Assembly (NCBI RefSeq): GCF_009914755.1
Contig: NC_060944.1
Reading direction: 5' to 3' (one strand)
Length of the DNA stretch: 64,000 bases
DNA from: the human T2T-CHM13v2.0 reference genome, Homo sapiens
Made by a program: the position numbers and the translations under genes. The notes below the pieces were generated by a model that searched no databases, was not told the DNA's origin, and worked only from the letters and a program-made list of their open reading frames with translations. The stretch's first letter is position 1. Every line of letters starts with the position of its first letter. Positions 13,200 to 26,988 of this stretch are shown here, one piece after another.

Positions 13200-15342
13200 A
13201 CTTCTGTTCAACATAGCAGTGGAACTCCTAGTCAGAGCAATTAGGCAAGAACAATAAATAAAAGGCATCCAAATTGGAAAGGAAGAAGTAAAATTATCTC
13301 TGTACTCAAGTGACATGATCTTATATGCAGAAAACCCTAAAGATTCTACAAATCCCCCTGTTAGAACTAATAAGTGGATTTGACAAGTTGCAGGATATAA
13401 AATCAATGTGCAAAAATCAGTGAATATGAACAATTCAGAAAGAAAATTAAGAAAACAATTCAATTTACTATAGCATCAAAAAGAATAAAGGACAGGAATA
13501 AATTTGAAGAGGCAGAAGATTTGTACCAAAAACTATAAAAAACTATAAAAATTGCTGAAAAATTAAAGCAGACACAAATAAATGCAGACACCAGATGATG
13601 CTCATGAATCAGAGGACTTAATACTGGTAAAATGCCCTTACCTTCCAAAGCGATCTATAGATTCAATGCAACCCCTATCAAAATTCTAATTTTTTTGTGG
13701 AAATAGAAAAATTTATACTAAAATTCATATGGAACCTCAAGGCACCTCAAATAGCCAAAACAATCTTGAAAAAGAAGAATGGTTAGAGACATCACACTTC
13801 CTGATTTCAAAACTTACTGCAAAGCTACAGTAATCAAAACAGTATCATACTGACATAAAGATAGGTGTGTAGACCAAGGGAACAGTACAGACAGCCCAGA
13901 ATTAAACCCTCACATGTAGGGCAGATGATCTTCGACAAAGATGCTAAGACCGCTCAATGGAGAAAGAACAGTCCCTTCAACAAATGGTGTTGCAAAAACT
14001 GTATATCTACATACAAAAGAACCTTTTATCATATATAAAAATTAACTCAAAATGGATAAAAAACCTAAACACAAACCTAAAACTGTAAAACTCCTAGAAT
14101 AAAACATAAGAGAGAAGCTTCATGACATTGGATTTGGCAACGATTTATTGAATGTGAAACTAAAAGTGTAGACAGCAAAAGAAAAAATAGATACATTGGA
14201 CTACAGCAATATTAAACACTTTGCATCTAAAGACACAGCAGAGTGAAAGGTAACCTATGAAATGGGAGAAAATGTTTGAAATATATATAAGGGGCTAATA
14301 TCCAGGATATTAAAAACAAACTCCTACAACTCAACAACAAAAAAAGAAATAACCCTATTATAAAATGAGCAAAGGACTTGAATAAAGATTTCTCCAAAGA
14401 AGATATACAGATGGCCCATAAACACAAGAAAAGATGCTCAGCACCACTAATCATTAGAAAAATGCAAACCCAAACCACAATGAGATACCATCTCATGCTC
14501 ATTAGGATGTCTACTATCAAGAAAACAGAAACTAACAAGTGTTGGTGTCGGTGTGGAAAAACTGGAACCCTTGTGCACTATTGATGGAAATGTCAATTGT
14601 ATACCCCTATGGCTATACCCTGTGGAATTATACCATAGGGGTATACCATGGGGGTATAATTGTATACCATAGGGGTTACCATGGGGGTATAATTGTATAC
14701 TATAGGGGTATACCATGGGGGTATAATTGTATACCCATATGGAAAACAGTATGGCTGTTCCTCGGAACATTAAACATACAATTACCATGTGGTCCAGCGA
14801 TTCCTTTCTGGGTATATACCCCAAAAAATTGAAAGCAAGGACTTGAAGAGGTATCTGTACACACAGGCTCATAGCAGTATTATTTACAATGTCCAAAAGA
14901 CGGAAGCAATCCACGTGTCCATTGACAGATGAATAGATAAAGAAAATGTGGTATATCCCTACGATGGAATATTACTCAGCCTTAGAAAGGAAGGAGATTC
15001 TGACACATGCTGCAACACGGATGAAGCTTGAGGACTTTATGCTGAACGAAATAAGCCAGTCACAAAAGGACAAATACGGTATGATTCCACTTATAGGAGG
15101 TACCTAGAGTAGTCAGATTATAAAGACAAGGTGGAATGGTGACCGCCAAGGGCTGAGGGGAAGGAGAATGGAGTCGTATTTAACGGATACAGAGTTTCAG
15201 TTTTGCCAGATGAAAAGTTCTGTTGAGGGATGGTGGTGATCGTAGCACAATGGTGTGAATGTAGTTAATGCCACTGAGCTGTACACTTAGAAATGGTTAA
15301 GGTGGTTAATTTATGTGTGTAATTTACCACAGTTAGGAAAAA
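13200..15342 (+). mobile_element. 5'-truncated L1 (L1MB-type): decayed ORF2 RT/C-terminal part plus 3' UTR
   Basis: GCAATTAGGCAAGAACAATAAATAAAAGGCATCCAAATTGGAAAGGAAGAAGTAAAATTATC; ORF 14378 (NKDFSKEDIQMAHKHKKRCS) is ORF2p-like; many stops and frameshifts. Confidence 0.95.
14595..14742. repeat. Palindromic ~34-bp minisatellite inside L1
   Basis: Three units of ~CCATAGGGGTATACCATGGGGGTATAATTGTATA between two copies of AATTGTATACCC(C/A)TATGG. Confidence 0.9.
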
Positions 15343-15609
15343 TGATCAGAAGAGAGTTCCATGCTTAGGGAACAGCAAATGCGGAGGCCCTGTGGGTAGG
15401 AATGAGCTTGGCAGATTTGAGACAAAGGAGTCCTGTGCTCTGGGAGCAAAGTGAATCAGGTGGGGGAGTGGAAAGAGGTGTGACCACAAGGACAGACAGG
15501 GGACAGAACAGGCTGGATCTTCTGAGTTTGCATTTGATATCAGAGATGTGAAATCTGAGATTCACAACAAAGATCCCCAGTAACTTGCCCAAGGTGAAAT
15601 AGTCAGTAG

Positions 15610-15960
15610 GTGGCAGTGGCAGGGAGTCCAAGTGGTTCCCTAACAGATTAGCTGTTTCCCCTTCTTCCTTAGTAATAGAACTACTGCTGACTATCAGTTG
15701 TGCCTATGGTCACCCAGAGTCATGACTACCTTTCCCAGCCCCTTTGCAGCTAAGCATGGCAAGGGAACTTAGTCCTAGACAGTGGGAAAGTAGGCAAAAT
15801 CATCATGTGCAACTTTAAGGGTGTGTCCTTAAAGACAGAGGTATTCTCTTCTTTATCTTTTGTGCTTTCCTGCTATCTGGAATGTCAGTGTGATGGTTGG
15901 AGTTTGGCAGCCATCTTAGACCCATGAAGCAAGGGAGAGTGACATGACAGATGGGAGAGT
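15610..15960. mobile_element. MaLR LTR (MLT1J/H-like)
   Basis: TTTCCCAGCCCCTTTGCAGCTAAG..GTGATGGTTGGAG..GCAGCCATCTT motifs. Confidence 0.55.
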
Positions 15961-16739
15961 GTGGCCGACATTGGACTTGGGAGTTGGGAGGGCTCCTGAG
16001 GTGGTGTCACTTGACCTGCCTTGTCTGATGAGGAGGAGCCAGTGGAGGGTGGGCATATTTAAGTAAGGTCACTCCTGGTAGAAGGATCTGAGGTGGGACA
16101 AGCTGGGAGTAAGAGGGGGTGGTGGTTGGACACAGCAGGGAGGCTGGAGGGACTGAGGGCAGGTGTGAGGGGAGCTTGGGCAGAGACAGGAGCTGAGAGG
16201 GGGCAGGGCCTGGCCCATCAGTCCCGTGATGGGGACACTGGAAGGTTGTGGTCAGAGAGCTGCCCAGGGCTGATTCAGCATGAGAAGGATCCTTCTAACT
16301 GCTGTGTGGGGAAGGGGCTGCTCATGACCAGGACGGGAGGCCAGGGCAAGGCTGGGGAGCCATTCAGGGTCAGCAGATGCTGGAAGATGGAATGGGAAGC
16401 ACATGTTCTGTAGAGTATAGAGTGGAACCACCTGCGGGATGATGGGCCAGCACCTGCCCTGGACTCAGGGACATCTGTGGCTGATGATTGTGATAAAGAT
16501 GGGGGATGACCTCAGAGCTCCCTTCCCAGCCTGCGTTTCTGCAGGGAAATGTCAAATCCAGGGAATGGAATTGATCCCAGCATAAAAAACACATGACACT
16601 GTGGAGCCAGGAAGGAAGGTCATGAGAATGTTATCAGATGCCATATAATACTCAATATAAAACCAATCAATAATAATCAGAAGTAATCAATATAAAGCCA
16701 ATAATCAATATAAAATTCAACGCAACCGTAATGAGGGTG

Positions 16740-16980
16740 ATGATGCCTAACATTTTAAACCCTTGCATCCCACGGGCAGATGGTGTACTGAGCACTTTAC
16801 TGGTATTTTCTGCCTTAACTTGTCTGATAATCCTATGTAACAGGAACTATCATTATCCTCAGTTTATAGAGGAGGAGACTCAGGCACAGAGAGGTTTAAA
16901 TAACCTGCCCAAGGTCACACAGCTAGTAAGTGGTAGGCAGTGGGCTGGGATTTGAACCCAGAGAACCTGCCTCCCATGCA
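16740..16980. mobile_element. MIR
   Basis: CAGTTTATAGAGGAGGAGACTCAGGCACAGAGAGGTTTAAATAACCTGCCCAAGGTCACACAGCTAGTAAGTGG. Confidence 0.85.
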
Positions 16981-18694
16981 GGTGTTGTGTGCAAATTTGG
17001 CTCAGCCAATTGGATTCTCTTGTCTAGATCCAGGAGGTCTTCACCTTTCTGGATATCTGGCTCACTTGCATCCTGTGATTGTGCCCCCCCAGAGTGAGGG
17101 GGTGCATCAGGGCTGAGGATGCTGGTTTGAGTCTTTGAGCAGCATGTGAGACAAACCGAGCAGCAGATGTGGCCAGGTGGGAAAGCCGACACCTCCTGGA
17201 CTCTCGAAGGCTGAACTGGAGACCCAGGGACAGGGACGGGAGGGTCCCATGGGAGTCCCCAACTCTTATCATCATTTCCGTGTTCATTTGTTCTTGGGAG
17301 AGGGGACATCAGAGCCTCCTTCCCCCATTAGAATTTTTGCTCCAAGAAGGGGTTTTTGTTTGATGTGTGTCTCTAGTGCCTTGGGCAGTTCCTGGCTCAA
17401 TATGTATAGAAATATTATTGTAATAAAGATGAGGGCAGCGACCTTATCTGTCCCTTTCAACCCAGCACCTAGCAGAGTACCTGGCATGTGGTAGGACTCA
17501 ATAAATATTTGTAGAATGAATGAATGGATGAATGAATGAGTGACATCTCTCAATCCTTCCCCATACCTGCCTCCTCTGTCTTCAGGACCCTTTCCTCCTC
17601 ATCTCATTCCAACATCCCTGCTTTGGGGCTTTCTTGGGTGGATTTGGGGCCCCATTGTGCTCCCCCAGTGCCTGTTTTAACAGCCTCCCTCCTGCCAAGA
17701 TGACAAATGTCTCTCAGCCCTGGAAGCTGAGGCTGCCTCCACTGTGAAGCTGATACCACTGTTGGAAGATGCTTCCTCCCACATTGGCACTGCTCTGCTG
17801 TGCCCCGGGGTTGCGGCACCTCCTCTGACTGGCCCTTCACTTCAGTCACACTCCTGGAAACAAGTTCCCAGGCAGACCCCGTCCCCAAAGTCTAGGATTC
17901 AATTGTCTGCTTATACCAGTGCTAAAAACAGCATGATTTCCCCCAACTCAGCTGCACCTGTGCAGACAAGAATAAGACAGCATATTTTTAGCAGGTAACA
18001 GACTGCACACATGCAGGCTATAATTAGCATTTCATTCAAAGGGAGGAGTTTCCCATCCAATGCAAGAGTGACTGACCACGGGGTCTTCTCACTGCAGCCT
18101 CTGTCTCAGGTGCCTGGTGCAGGAAGGAGCCAGCAGCACTGAGGGAGACCCTGGGGTTCCCTGGGCACCCAGGAAAGGGGTGGGGCCTTTTTGGATATTG
18201 CTCCCGTCACTGCTCATACCTTTCTCTCTGGCCTGTCCAGAGCCTTGGTCCTGCCCAGACCCTAGTGCTGTCCTCCTGTGAGGATGACCTGGCCAGGCCA
18301 TGTGATGAAGGTGCCCTGTCAGGTTGGTGTGGGGCTTGTGGGTCCTCTGTCCTGCACTCAAGCTGCCCCATGGGGGACAGGGACAGGGCTGGGGTTACCC
18401 AGCTGTGGCAGAGACTGCTGGATGACCTCAGCATCCCTCCTGGTAGCAGTGAGCCTAGCTGCCTGGAATAAAGACTGCATTTCCCAGGCCTCCTTGTGAC
18501 CAAAACATGGCCAGCGGGGTGTGAACATTGTCTTTTTTTCCTTCTCTTTGGATGGGAGAAAACAGGGGACAGATGTCTGGGATGAAGCAGAAGGCAACGG
18601 TCTCAAAAATCCGAGGATAAAGATAGAAGGAGGTGGGGCCTCAGTTTCCTCTGCTGTAAAATGGAAGAGTAATTATGTCTATGTTCTGTGGTTT

Positions 18695-18830
18695 CTGTAA
18701 GTTAAGATTCTTTCAGCTGCTAAGTGAAGAAAAATTAAACCCCAATGGTCTAAGGCAAAGGTGGATTTATTGGCTCAGGTAACTGGAAAAAAAATATTCA
18801 AGAAAGAGGCTGACTCAGGCATGACTGTTT
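18695..18830. mobile_element. Old MaLR LTR fragment
   Basis: GTTAAGATTCTTTCAGCTGC..ATTTATTGGCTCAGGTAACTG. Confidence 0.5.
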
Positions 18831-19667
18831 ATCCATAGCCTGGGGGACCTGACTTGCCTGAGTTACCCGTGGCTGTTATTTTCCCCGTAAATTTGTTCAT
18901 GTGACCAGCAATTCCGGCTTGAAAGGACCATAGAATCTTATTGTAACCCCAGTGTTTAAATCCTGAGCGCACGGGATGTCCAAAATCATCATCGTCACGA
19001 TTTCTGCCATTCACAGAGCTGACATTTTTCCTGCTCCTCCCAGCTCTTTTTTCTGGCCTCTGCTAAGGTCGAATTCTCCACTCTGCATCTCACAGCTGCC
19101 CTTCTTGCTTCTGCAAGGGTCCCTCCATCCAACCACATCGTGGGCTTCTTCTTCTGCTTTTCACATCTCCAAGTTCCACATCCCCAAGTAGCTAATAGAG
19201 ACACATTTTACTGAACATTTTGGAGCAACCCAGGAGTGTGATTTCATCCATGCCCCGGTCCTTTGGCCATTTCTGCCAACTCTAACATCAGTGTATGTTG
19301 CTTAGCAACTCCATTTTTGTTTTTATTAAGAAACTTTAATTCAAAAGGAAAACTCTATCACCAGAGTAAATAGAAAACCAGCATCTTTTCCATGCAAAAG
19401 GATGATGACTGTAGAACTAAAAGCAATAAACCTAAACAGAAGGGCTTCATTCTGCAGGAAGCCCGGGGCCTGTCCTTTCTTTGTTCAAAAGGATGAAATG
19501 CAAGGTCTGGAAAGGAGCTAAAGGCGCATCAGCACCAAATCAAGGTGTTTTCTTTGAGGTGACTGAAGAATTGGAGAAGAACCACTACAGGATTCAGCGA
19601 TCTTAGTGCTAGCCCCGTTTGCTTTGTCAAATCATCTCATGTTTATCCTCTGGGAGTTCCTGAGCTA

Positions 19668-20231
<564 letters not shown>

Positions 20232-21275
20232 TTAAAATCCAGGTGGCCTGGGAAAGAGATAAAGCATGGGGGACATTCAGCCAGGCAGGACCGGGTCCCA
20301 CCCATGTGCCACCCCCAGTGTGGCCTCTGCCCCTCCCTCCCAGCAGGTGACCCCGCATCCCTCGGAGGCTGAGGTGTGGGGTAAGTGGAGGCTTTGAGTC
20401 TTTATTTCCTGAGCCCACGTGTCCCTGTCTCTCGGCAGGGACCCTCGGCCAGCTCAGGGGTAAGAATGCAGTGACAGTCAGCGGTGATGTCCCCTGTGAA
20501 GAGCCCTGATTGGATTTCCGAGGCATCTCCAGCCATGAGGGCCGCAGACAGGCCCTGGCCAGGGACCTTTATCCGCATGCCTCTCACTCCCCTGATTGAA
20601 TCTATCGATTCCCTGTCTATCACCACCTTCCCCGAGACACAAGGATGGGATGGTTTAAATGATTTACTTATTTCAAGCCACTGGGGCTTGGCAGAAAAAC
20701 CAATAGGTGAATGTTAGAATGTTTTCCCTTAATTATTCAGGCTCTCTGAAGAAGAATCTGAAATATCTCGCTGTGAATGGAGCCAAGGTAGAGATGAGGC
20801 TGCAGCTGCAGGAAGTGTTCTCTGAACCACCTGCCCTCCTGCCTGGGTCCCCCCACGGCACAGGTGTATTTAATTCACCTGTAGTCAGTGAATGTTGGTG
20901 GAGCACCTCTGCCACATTGAGCACTGGTCTAGCTGCAGAGACACAGAGATGGAAACCATGCAGCCTCGGACCCTTCAGCTACTCACAATCTATTGAAAGA
21001 GGGGGTGTGTTTGGGGCATGATTAGAGCTATAGTTTAAGGATGGATAGACCAGGTTAGGAGCGCAGTGAAGAGGAAATTCATGGAAGGGATACGGAAACA
21101 GAGCTGGAAATGTACACAAGGGTGAGGATATTTGATGCTTAAGAATTTTTAATAAATTATTTCCTTGTTTCTTTGAATACAAAAGAAACCTTTACAAAAT
21201 TTAAAAAATAAAGATTATAGGCCACGCTCTGATCATTACAAATGACATTAAAATAAATGGTAAAGAGATAGCCCT

Positions 21276-21585
21276 GGCCAGATGTGGTGGCTCATGCCTG
21301 TAATCCCAGCACTTTGGGAGGCCGAGGCAGGTGGATCACTTGAGCTCAGGAGTTCCAGACGAGCCTGGCCAACGTGGAGAAACCCCATTTCTACCAAAAA
21401 TACAAAAAAATGGCCAGATGTGGGGGTGCACACCTGTGGTCCCAGCTACTCAGGAGGCTGAGGTGGGAGCTCTCATTTGAGCCCGGGAAACAAAGGTAGT
21501 AAGCTGAGATCGCATGCCACTGCACTCCAGCCTGGGTGACAGAGTGAGACTCTGTCTCAATAAATACATAAATAAATAGAAAAAA
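21276..21585 (+). mobile_element. Alu in an old L1 fragment
   Basis: Alu consensus; TSD AGATAGCCCT; L1M-like sequence follows to ~21990. Confidence 0.9.
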
Positions 21586-22189
21586 AGATAGCCCTGCTAG
21601 GAATGCTCTGTGTCTTGATTGGGATGATGTTTACTTGAGTAGACACATTTGTCAAAACGCATTGAATGGGACACAGAGAACAGTGCCTTTTACTGGGGAA
21701 GGAACTCTCTCCCAGATAACTCCCAGATCAAAGCAGAAACCAAAACTAGAATGATGGTTTCTAGAAAACAACAAGAATAGTTTACACCAGCATCTGAGGG
21801 ACTCGGCTAGTGCTGTACTCAGAAGAAAATTTATAGTCTTAAATGCTTGTATTGCTCCAGGGTTTCAAAAGGGCGATGGTAAAAGTACTGAGTTCTCAAA
21901 AAATAGGAAAAAACAAAAAACAAAACAAAACACAACAAAAAAAAACCCTAAATAAGCCAAGATAAAATGGGGAGAGGAAATTAAAGATAAGAGCCAACAT
22001 CGAATATGCACAGGGTGTGGACGGTGAGTTTTTGGGGGAGTTAGTGATGGGAGCACGCCGCTTCGGAAGTGTATTTTTCCATTTCAGGAGCTGGAGGGTT
22101 TTTACGCAGTGGAGTGACCATGCGTGGAGCTGGATGGAGAAAGACCGTGGAGGCTGCAGGGTGGAAAGCTGACTGGGGAAGACTGATAG

Positions 22190-22556
<367 letters not shown>

Positions 22557-23031
22557 TAAATCATTACAGGGGGTCTGGATGCTAGCTGTGCCCTGCCGCT
22601 GGGTTATGCAGCCCAGAAATGAAATTTCAAGAGAGTGGGTTCATCTGTGCCAAGTCACATCTTCACCAAAGAAATCTGGGCTCTGATGGGGTCTGCGATG
22701 GACTTGTACGTGTGCCATCTGGGGGATGGAGGGTGGGGTGGTGGCCAGGACGGGCCTGTCTGGGAAAGAGGCTTCCCTGAGCCAAGACAGTGGGGGCCAC
22801 AGGGGACTCTGGGATGGGAGGGCCAGCCCAGCCAGGGTCCTTGGGGGATCTGGAGGGGACGTGACAAAGCAGGAGGGTAGGAGGGGAGCCAGGAGTGGGA
22901 AGCTGGGGAAGCCAGAGCAGCAGAGGCTGGAGCAAATCCCGTGGGAAAGAACCAGGAATGGGTGGTTCCTGAGGGAGTGGCTCAAACACCCTCGCAGGGG
23001 GGTGGCTCACCTTTAAAGAATGTCTTGCTCA

Positions 23032-23180
23032 GGCCGGGCACGATGTCTCATGCCTGTAATGCCAGAACTTTGGGAGGACAAGTGAGACGAGGTTGGTTGC
23101 AGTGAGCCGAGATCGTGCCATTGCATTCCAGCCTGGGCAACAGAGCGAGACTCCATCTCAAAAACAAAACAAAACAAAAA
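23032..23180 (+). mobile_element. Internally deleted Alu (~150 bp)
   Basis: 5' ~45 nt joined through a short filler to the 3' end; TSD AATG(T/C)CTTGCTC. Confidence 0.85.
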
Positions 23181-23258
23181 ATGCCTTGCTCTTCCTCAAT
23201 CAAAATCCCCCTGGGAGTAAAAAATATTGAATGATAGCATACATAAGAAAAGTGCCCA

Positions 23259-23446
23259 GGCCAGGAGTGGTGGCTCACACCTGTAATCCCAGCACTTTGG
23301 GGGGCTGAGGTGGGTCGATTACTTGAGGTCAGGAGTTTGAGACCAGCCTGGGCAACATAGTCAGACCTCATCTCTTAAAAAAAAAAAAAAAAGAAGAGGA
23401 AGAAGGGGTAGGAGGAGGAGGAGGAGGAGAAGAGAAAGAGGAAGAA
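23259..23446 (+). mobile_element. FLAM/Alu left monomer with GA-rich tail
   Basis: TSD AAGAAA(A/C)GTGCCCA. Confidence 0.85.
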
Positions 23447-23745
23447 AAGAAACGTGCCCAGATCATAAGAGTACATTTCAATTAATCCTCACCAGGTACA
23501 CGCTCCTGTGCCCAGACCCTAGATAAAGAAACAGCAATCTCACTACACAGAGTCCAACTGAATGCCTCTCAGAGGGCCACATTCTCCTCTTCAGTGTTGA
23601 GGAAATTGGATCCAAAAGAGCCTTGGGTCTCTTTTGGTTGTTTCATTTGAGTATTCTATGGGCAGATTTTTATGTATTGGACTTCTTGAAATGGGACTTA
23701 CCTGTGCTTAATTTATCTTGATTTCAGCCCACTGGGTAATAAATA

Positions 23746-24176
23746 CAATGGACCCTTGAACAGCACAGGTTAGAACTGCCAGAGACCACATATACGCAGA
23801 TTTTCTTCTGCCTCTGCCACCCCGAGACAGTAAGACCAAACCCTCCTCTTCCTCCTCCTACTCCTCAGCCTACTCAATGTGAAGAGACAAGGATGAAGAC
23901 CTTCATGGTGACCCACTTCCACTTAATGAAGAGTAAATGTATACTCCCTTCCGTATGATTTTCTTAATAACATTTTCTTTGCTCTAGCCGACTTTATTGT
24001 AGGAATACAGTATATGATACATTTAACATACGAAAACTGTTTATGTTATCAGTAAGGCTTCTGGTCAACAGTAGGCTATCAGTAGTTAAGTTTTTGCAGA
24101 GTCAAAAGTTATATGTGGATTTTTGACTGCGTGGGATTTGGTGCCCCCAACTCCCACATTGTTCAAGAATCAACTG
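23746..24176. mobile_element. Tigger2a/MER28 DNA transposon
   Basis: 431 bp; TIRs CAATGGACCCTTGAAC / GTTCAAGAATCAACTG; TA duplications on both sides. Confidence 0.9.
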
Positions 24177-25021
24177 TATTCCAAATGACAGAATGTAATG
24201 CCAGACATCTGGAAAAGACTGATACAGTTTTCCGACCACCAGAAGAAAATCCACCCAGGGAATTGGTCAGCGGAGGCAGGCACTCAGGTTTCACGGAGCC
24301 ATGAGTTGGAGGGATTCTGCCAGCTTGGGTGATGAGGGGCTCACAGGTCCCAGGAAGGTGGCAGTAGCCTGGGAGCTGCTTCCTTGAAAACTCTGAACGG
24401 GCTGGGACCTGTGGAGAGGGACAAGCGAGGGCTCAAGGGATGGGTCTGAGCTGGTTTTTAAAGTTTATCTGTGTTAGAGAAACTGCCGCTCCAACACCAA
24501 GAATAAATCAGCTCCATTTCCCATCACCTCGGTTGCTTCTTTTTCCCATCTCTTCCTCTCTGTAAGTTTTGCCTAAGAAAAATGTATCATGTTTTCTGAA
24601 GGCAACCGCTTCCCCCTCCTCCCTTGTGAACAGTCAGGCAAAGAATGAATTTAGATTTTTTTGTAGTGTCAAGGCCTCTCTCATTAAATTACTCCCACCA
24701 TCTCTTGTCTCTCCTGGTGAGTGAGTTTAATGATCTCTTGCTCCTTACTCTCTTGAAAACTGCCTCGTGTGCTTCTGGCTTGGGCAATCTTAATGCTTTG
24801 GGCAGCTTTCAGTTTCCTGACTGTAGCTTGCACTCCAGACTTCATCCCCAGCCTGTCCCCATCCTCTTCTCCGCCCAGCGCTTCCCATCTTCCCACATTC
24901 CTCTTCTCATCCCCTGTTCTCTCTGCACTTATTTGCTCACTGACATTCCCATATTTTCTACTTCTACTGAAATCCTGATTGTATCCAGTCATGCTTTTTT
25001 GATTTTTTAAAAACACTGAAA

Positions 25022-25596
25022 TGTCTGTAATTCCAACACTTTGGGAGGCCGAGGTGGGCGGATCGCTTGAGCCCAGGAGTTTGAGACCAGCCCAGGCAAC
25101 AGGGCAAGGCCGTATCTCTATAAAAAATACAAAAATTAGCCGGGCATGGTGGCATGCGCCTGTATTCACAGCTACTCAGGAGAGCGAGGCAAGAGGATCG
25201 CTTGAGCCCAGGAGGTTCAGGCTGCAGTGGGCCATGATCACACCACGGCATTCAGCCTGGGCAACAGAGAGAGCGCCTGTCTTAAAGACAAACAAACAAA
25301 CAACCCTGAAATTTTGGCTCACACCTGTAATCCCAGCACTTTGAGAGGCCGAAGTGGGCAGATCACTTGAGGCCATGAGTTGAAGACCAGCCTGGCCAAC
25401 ATAGCGAAATCCCGTCGCTACTAAAATTACATAAATTAGCTGGGTGTGGTGGCGGGCACCTGTAATCCCAGCTACTCGGGGAGACTGAGGCACAATAATT
25501 GCTTGAACCTGGGAGGCTAAGGTTGCGGTGAGCTGAGATTTTGCTACTGCACTCCAGCCTGGGCAACAAAGTGAGACTTCGTCTCAAAACAAACAA

Positions 25597-25647
<51 letters not shown>

Positions 25648-25650
25648 AAC
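25022..25650 (+). mobile_element. Two tandem 5'-truncated Alus, the second with a (CA)n tail
   Basis: Alu consensus twice; ~AAC(A/C)CTGAAAT motif before, between and after them. Confidence 0.9.
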
Positions 25651-26040
25651 AAAAACCCCTGAAATGTGATGATGACCGTTGTGTCCTTATCAACAGCCAT
25701 TGCTTGCCTGCTTACGTTAGTTGCAGTGGGAGGGTAGGCAGCCAGAAGTATTGGGCATTCCCCTGGCCTGTGCATTTTGAATGATGAATACAAAACTGCT
25801 CAATTCACCAAAAACAATCATGTAAGAAAGGAACGTTTCACTTCTTCTTATGGGCCCCTGATTGCATGTGATGCAGGTGACAATTACGTATGTCCCCTTA
25901 ACAGTTTGGAAAATTCTAGTGAAGAGAGGAGTTTAAGTCCCTTCACACTGAACTGAAACAATTAATTCTCTATAAAAATCTCCGCATGATGGATCATGTT
26001 GCATTTCAAACCTCTACAGACTGTCTCATATAAATATCTG

Positions 26041-26130
26041 TTTCTCTTTTTTGAGACAGAGTCTCGCTTTGTCACCCAGGCTGGAGTGCAATGGTGCAAT
26101 CTTGGTTCACTGCAACTTCTGCCTCCCAGG
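26041..26130 (-). mobile_element. Alu 3' fragment, abruptly truncated
   Basis: TTTGAGACAGAGTCTCGC..CTGCCTCCCAGG, then unrelated GC-rich sequence. Confidence 0.85.
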
Positions 26131-26639
26131 ACCTGCAGAGGTCCTGGTCTCAGAGTTCATGCCCTGCAGTTGCTGTGTGTCCAGCAGCTGGCAGGGCAAG
26201 AGGGTTGGGGGGTGGGCGTCACCCCCACAGACACACAGCACCCGGCAGAACCCTGGCCTAAAGGCGCGCAGCTCTGGGGTCTCCCAAGCCCACCTGGGAG
26301 TAGGCCCATGGGGACAGCTGTGGGGGACAGGGACTCCCAATGTACAAAACAGGCCATGAGCTGGGCAAGCTGCTCCTTCTCATAACCTCAGACCTTTCTT
26401 CTGACCCAGTCAGGACCAGCTCCTGGGAGCCTGCAGACAATCCTGGGCCCAGAGAAGCAGGCAGATGTGGCTGTTGGTAGCACTAATATGGGTTGTGAAT
26501 ATCATCCTGTGGTTATTACTTTACTTACGTTACCTGCCAGTACACTCGATCCTGCATATGTCCCCTCACTTCACGCTCACGGGGTTTGAATGATGGGACG
26601 AGCACTCCCAGCAGGTGATGAGGGTGATAAATGGCACCT

Positions 26640-26975
26640 GACATTCCTGGAGCACCTGTTGGTGCGCAGGGCGGGGCTTAGTGCTCTGTTTGAGTCTGGA
26701 GTCTTTACTCTGCAACAGCAGCTGTGTGACCCCCGGTAAGTGGTTTAACCTTTCTATGCCTCTTCTTTCTCAACTCTAAAGGTGGATAATAAAGTCCCTG
26801 CCCTCAAGCAATCAAAGATGTGTAAGAAGGGCCTGGCACATGGCAGGCAGGCAGTATACATGGTTGGGATTAACCCCACTATACAGATGAGGAAACTGAG
26901 GCTCAGAGGCACTGGCCTGGCAGGAAGTAGGACCTTCGCCCAGGCTTGTCTGATGCTGAGCGCTTTGGCCTCCAT
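26640..26975. mobile_element. MIR fragments
   Basis: GCTGTGTGACC..AAGTGGTTTAACCTTTCTATGCCTC; TACAGATGAGGAAACTGAGGCTCAGAG. Confidence 0.75.
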
Positions 26976-26988
26976 CCCTTATGGCTGC

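Larger units (their letters stand above)
12883..16480 (-). mobile_element. L2 fragments interrupted by L1, MIR and MLT1 inserts
   Basis: ATTCATTCAACAAACATTTAT 3' end at ~12888; resumes ~15345 (GGAACAGCAAATGCGGAGGCCCTG) and ~16000. Confidence 0.6.

Noticed and set aside
13050-14914. ORFs with L1 ORF2p similarity
   Set aside because: Fragments of a dead, truncated L1
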